Sequence record: SRR31156797_5435
Reading direction: 5' to 3' (one strand)
Length of the DNA stretch: 64,000 nt
Positions 62,676-64,000 of this stretch are shown here, piece by piece (positions within the stretch are counted from its first letter, which is position 1; every line of letters begins with the position of its first letter). The position numbers were made by a program, and so were the translations under genes. The notes beneath the pieces are model-generated. The model was not told the origin of the DNA, did no database searches, and worked only from the letters and a program-made list of their open reading frames with translations.

Positions 62676-64000
62676 TAATCTTTGGATCGTTTGCGATACT
62701 CTCCGGGTGTCATCTGTTCTTTCTTTTTGAAAAAGCGGATGAAGTTTTGAGAGTTGGTATACTGTAGGTTGGCGGCGATTTCTTTGATGGTCAAATCGGT
62801 TTCTCTTAACCACTTTTTCGCGACTTGCAATCGATAGTTTTGTAAGTAATCGGCAAAATTGATGGATAATTCCTTTTTAAACACATTACTTAAGTAATTG
62901 GCATTATAATGCAACTGTTCAGCAATGCTATCTAAGGAGAGATCTTGGTCGTATTGTTGGTGTACGATCAAGACCATCTTTTCAGACAAGGAGCGAATTT
63001 CTCGATCTGTTTTGGCTTGTGTCGTTTCAACGATAGGTAAAACTAACTCTTGATAGATGATTTGCTCAACTTTGAACAAACTGGTTTGGTTGAGCACGGA
63101 TTGATAGACTTTACGACTATTCTGCAAGCTAGTATGATCTGCTCCTAGGAGTTGCCCTAGCTGAACGATACTGTTGATCAACTTAAACAAGGCACTTTCA
63201 ATCGTCAACGGATTTTTGTTTTCATGAATGATTTCGCGTACGACTTCTGTGTAACTCGTTTTGATGGTCGCTAGATCCCCACTACGCATTGCATCCAAAA
63301 AGGTGCTTTCTGCTTCTCTAGGGTACTGAACGATCGCGTTATTGTCTAATTGTGCCGCAATGTCGTCAAAAAAGATAATGACTTCTTCCCCTAAATTCAT
63401 TCGATAGTGCAAGGCTTCTTTAGCGTTATCAACCGCTAATTTGGTTTCTACGAGGCGGTCGTAGGATTGTGAGACCCCACAACTTATTTTGATTTTCAAG
63501 TAATCTTTTGCCGCTTGATGGATCTTTTGACAATAGGTCAATACTTGTTTTTGGTCAACTGATTCAGGAAGCTTTAAAATTGTTCCTTGGGTTTCTTGAC
63601 TGGAGATGATTGGCTGAAAACGCAAATTCGCCGGAATGATTTCAGAAACGAGATTCTCGATGGCAAGCAAGAATATATCAATAGTCGCTGTTTCTCGTCC
63701 ACACAAATCATCGATTTGAATCAGTAATACGGCATAGTGTTCCGTTTCGGATACTTCATACCCAAATTGTGACAGTTTTAAGTGACTATCTGCTTCTGAG
63801 ATACAGCCGCGAAACAAGTTTAATAAAAACAAGGATTCTAACTCGGGCTTTTGGTGTTCAACTTTGACGGCGAGATCGTGGTTTTGATGTAAGACCTGGT
63901 CGATATCGGAAATCAACTGATTGACTTCTAATTTCTGACCTTGTTTTTTGGGCTTTAAAAGCTCACCGATCCGATTAATGGGTGAGGTAGCCACGATCGC
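62675..64000 (-). CDS. AraC-family regulator (YtdP-like), 3' part; 5' end outside the window
   Basis: C-terminal double HTH (LSLDSIAEQL..NANYLS..FKK; IKEIA..L.Y.NSQNF.RFFKK...TPGEYR). Confidence 0.88.
   Translation of the reverse strand, partial: AIVATSPINRIGELLKPKKQGQKLEVNQLISDIDQVLHQNHDLAVKVEHQKPELESLFLLNLFRGCISEADSHLKLSQFGYEVSETEHYAVLLIQIDDLCGRETATIDIFLLAIENLVSEIIPANLRFQPIISSQETQGTILKLPESVDQKQVLTYCQKIHQAAKDYLKIKISCGVSQSYDRLVETKLAVDNAKEALHYRMNLGEEVIIFFDDIAAQLDNNAIVQYPREAESTFLDAMRSGDLATIKTSYTEVVREIIHENKNPLTIESALFKLINSIVQLGQLLGADHTSLQNSRKVYQSVLNQTSLFKVEQIIYQELVLPIVETTQAKTDREIRSLSEKMVLIVHQQYDQDLSLDSIAEQLHYNANYLSNVFKKELSINFADYLQNYRLQVAKKWLRETDLTIKEIAANLQYTNSQNFIRFFKKKEQMTPGEYRKRSKD

Overview
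A 64 kb chromosomal window from a low-GC Firmicute, most likely an Enterococcus of the casseliflavus/gallinarum type. That assignment is inferred from the PBP5/PBP4-like protein, the gene content and a pectin locus. The window is mostly core metabolism. It holds pdhA-pdhB-pdhC(5' end); mgtA under an M-box riboswitch; a probable 6S-like RNA; wecB; guaC; and the de novo purine genes, split into purEKB and purCSQLFMNHD by an inverted three-gene block ending in a low-affinity PBP. It also holds xpt-pbuX under a guanine riboswitch, a cell-wall remodelling operon (M15B peptidase, GH73), two ABC exporters, a frameshifted SDR, an RRNPP-like regulator with nagA, alaA, and a lone tRNA-Leu(GAG). The tRNA is followed by two paralogous acidic lipoproteins with C-terminal Ltp-like repeats, separated by an IS3-type end remnant. 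The window ends in a pectin/rhamnogalacturonan utilisation locus. The most interesting unannotated signals are: (1) a 24-codon leader ORF with mutually exclusive hairpins over the mgtA ribosome-binding site, stacked behind the M-box; (2) the tandem Ltp-like lipoproteins next to the tRNA, possibly domesticated superinfection exclusion; (3) a structured purE leader that matches no riboswitch I recognise; (4) an SDR frameshift lying exactly on an A_AAA_AAG slippery site. No CRISPR array, rRNA, integrase or intact transposase was seen. All calls are by eye; no searches were run.
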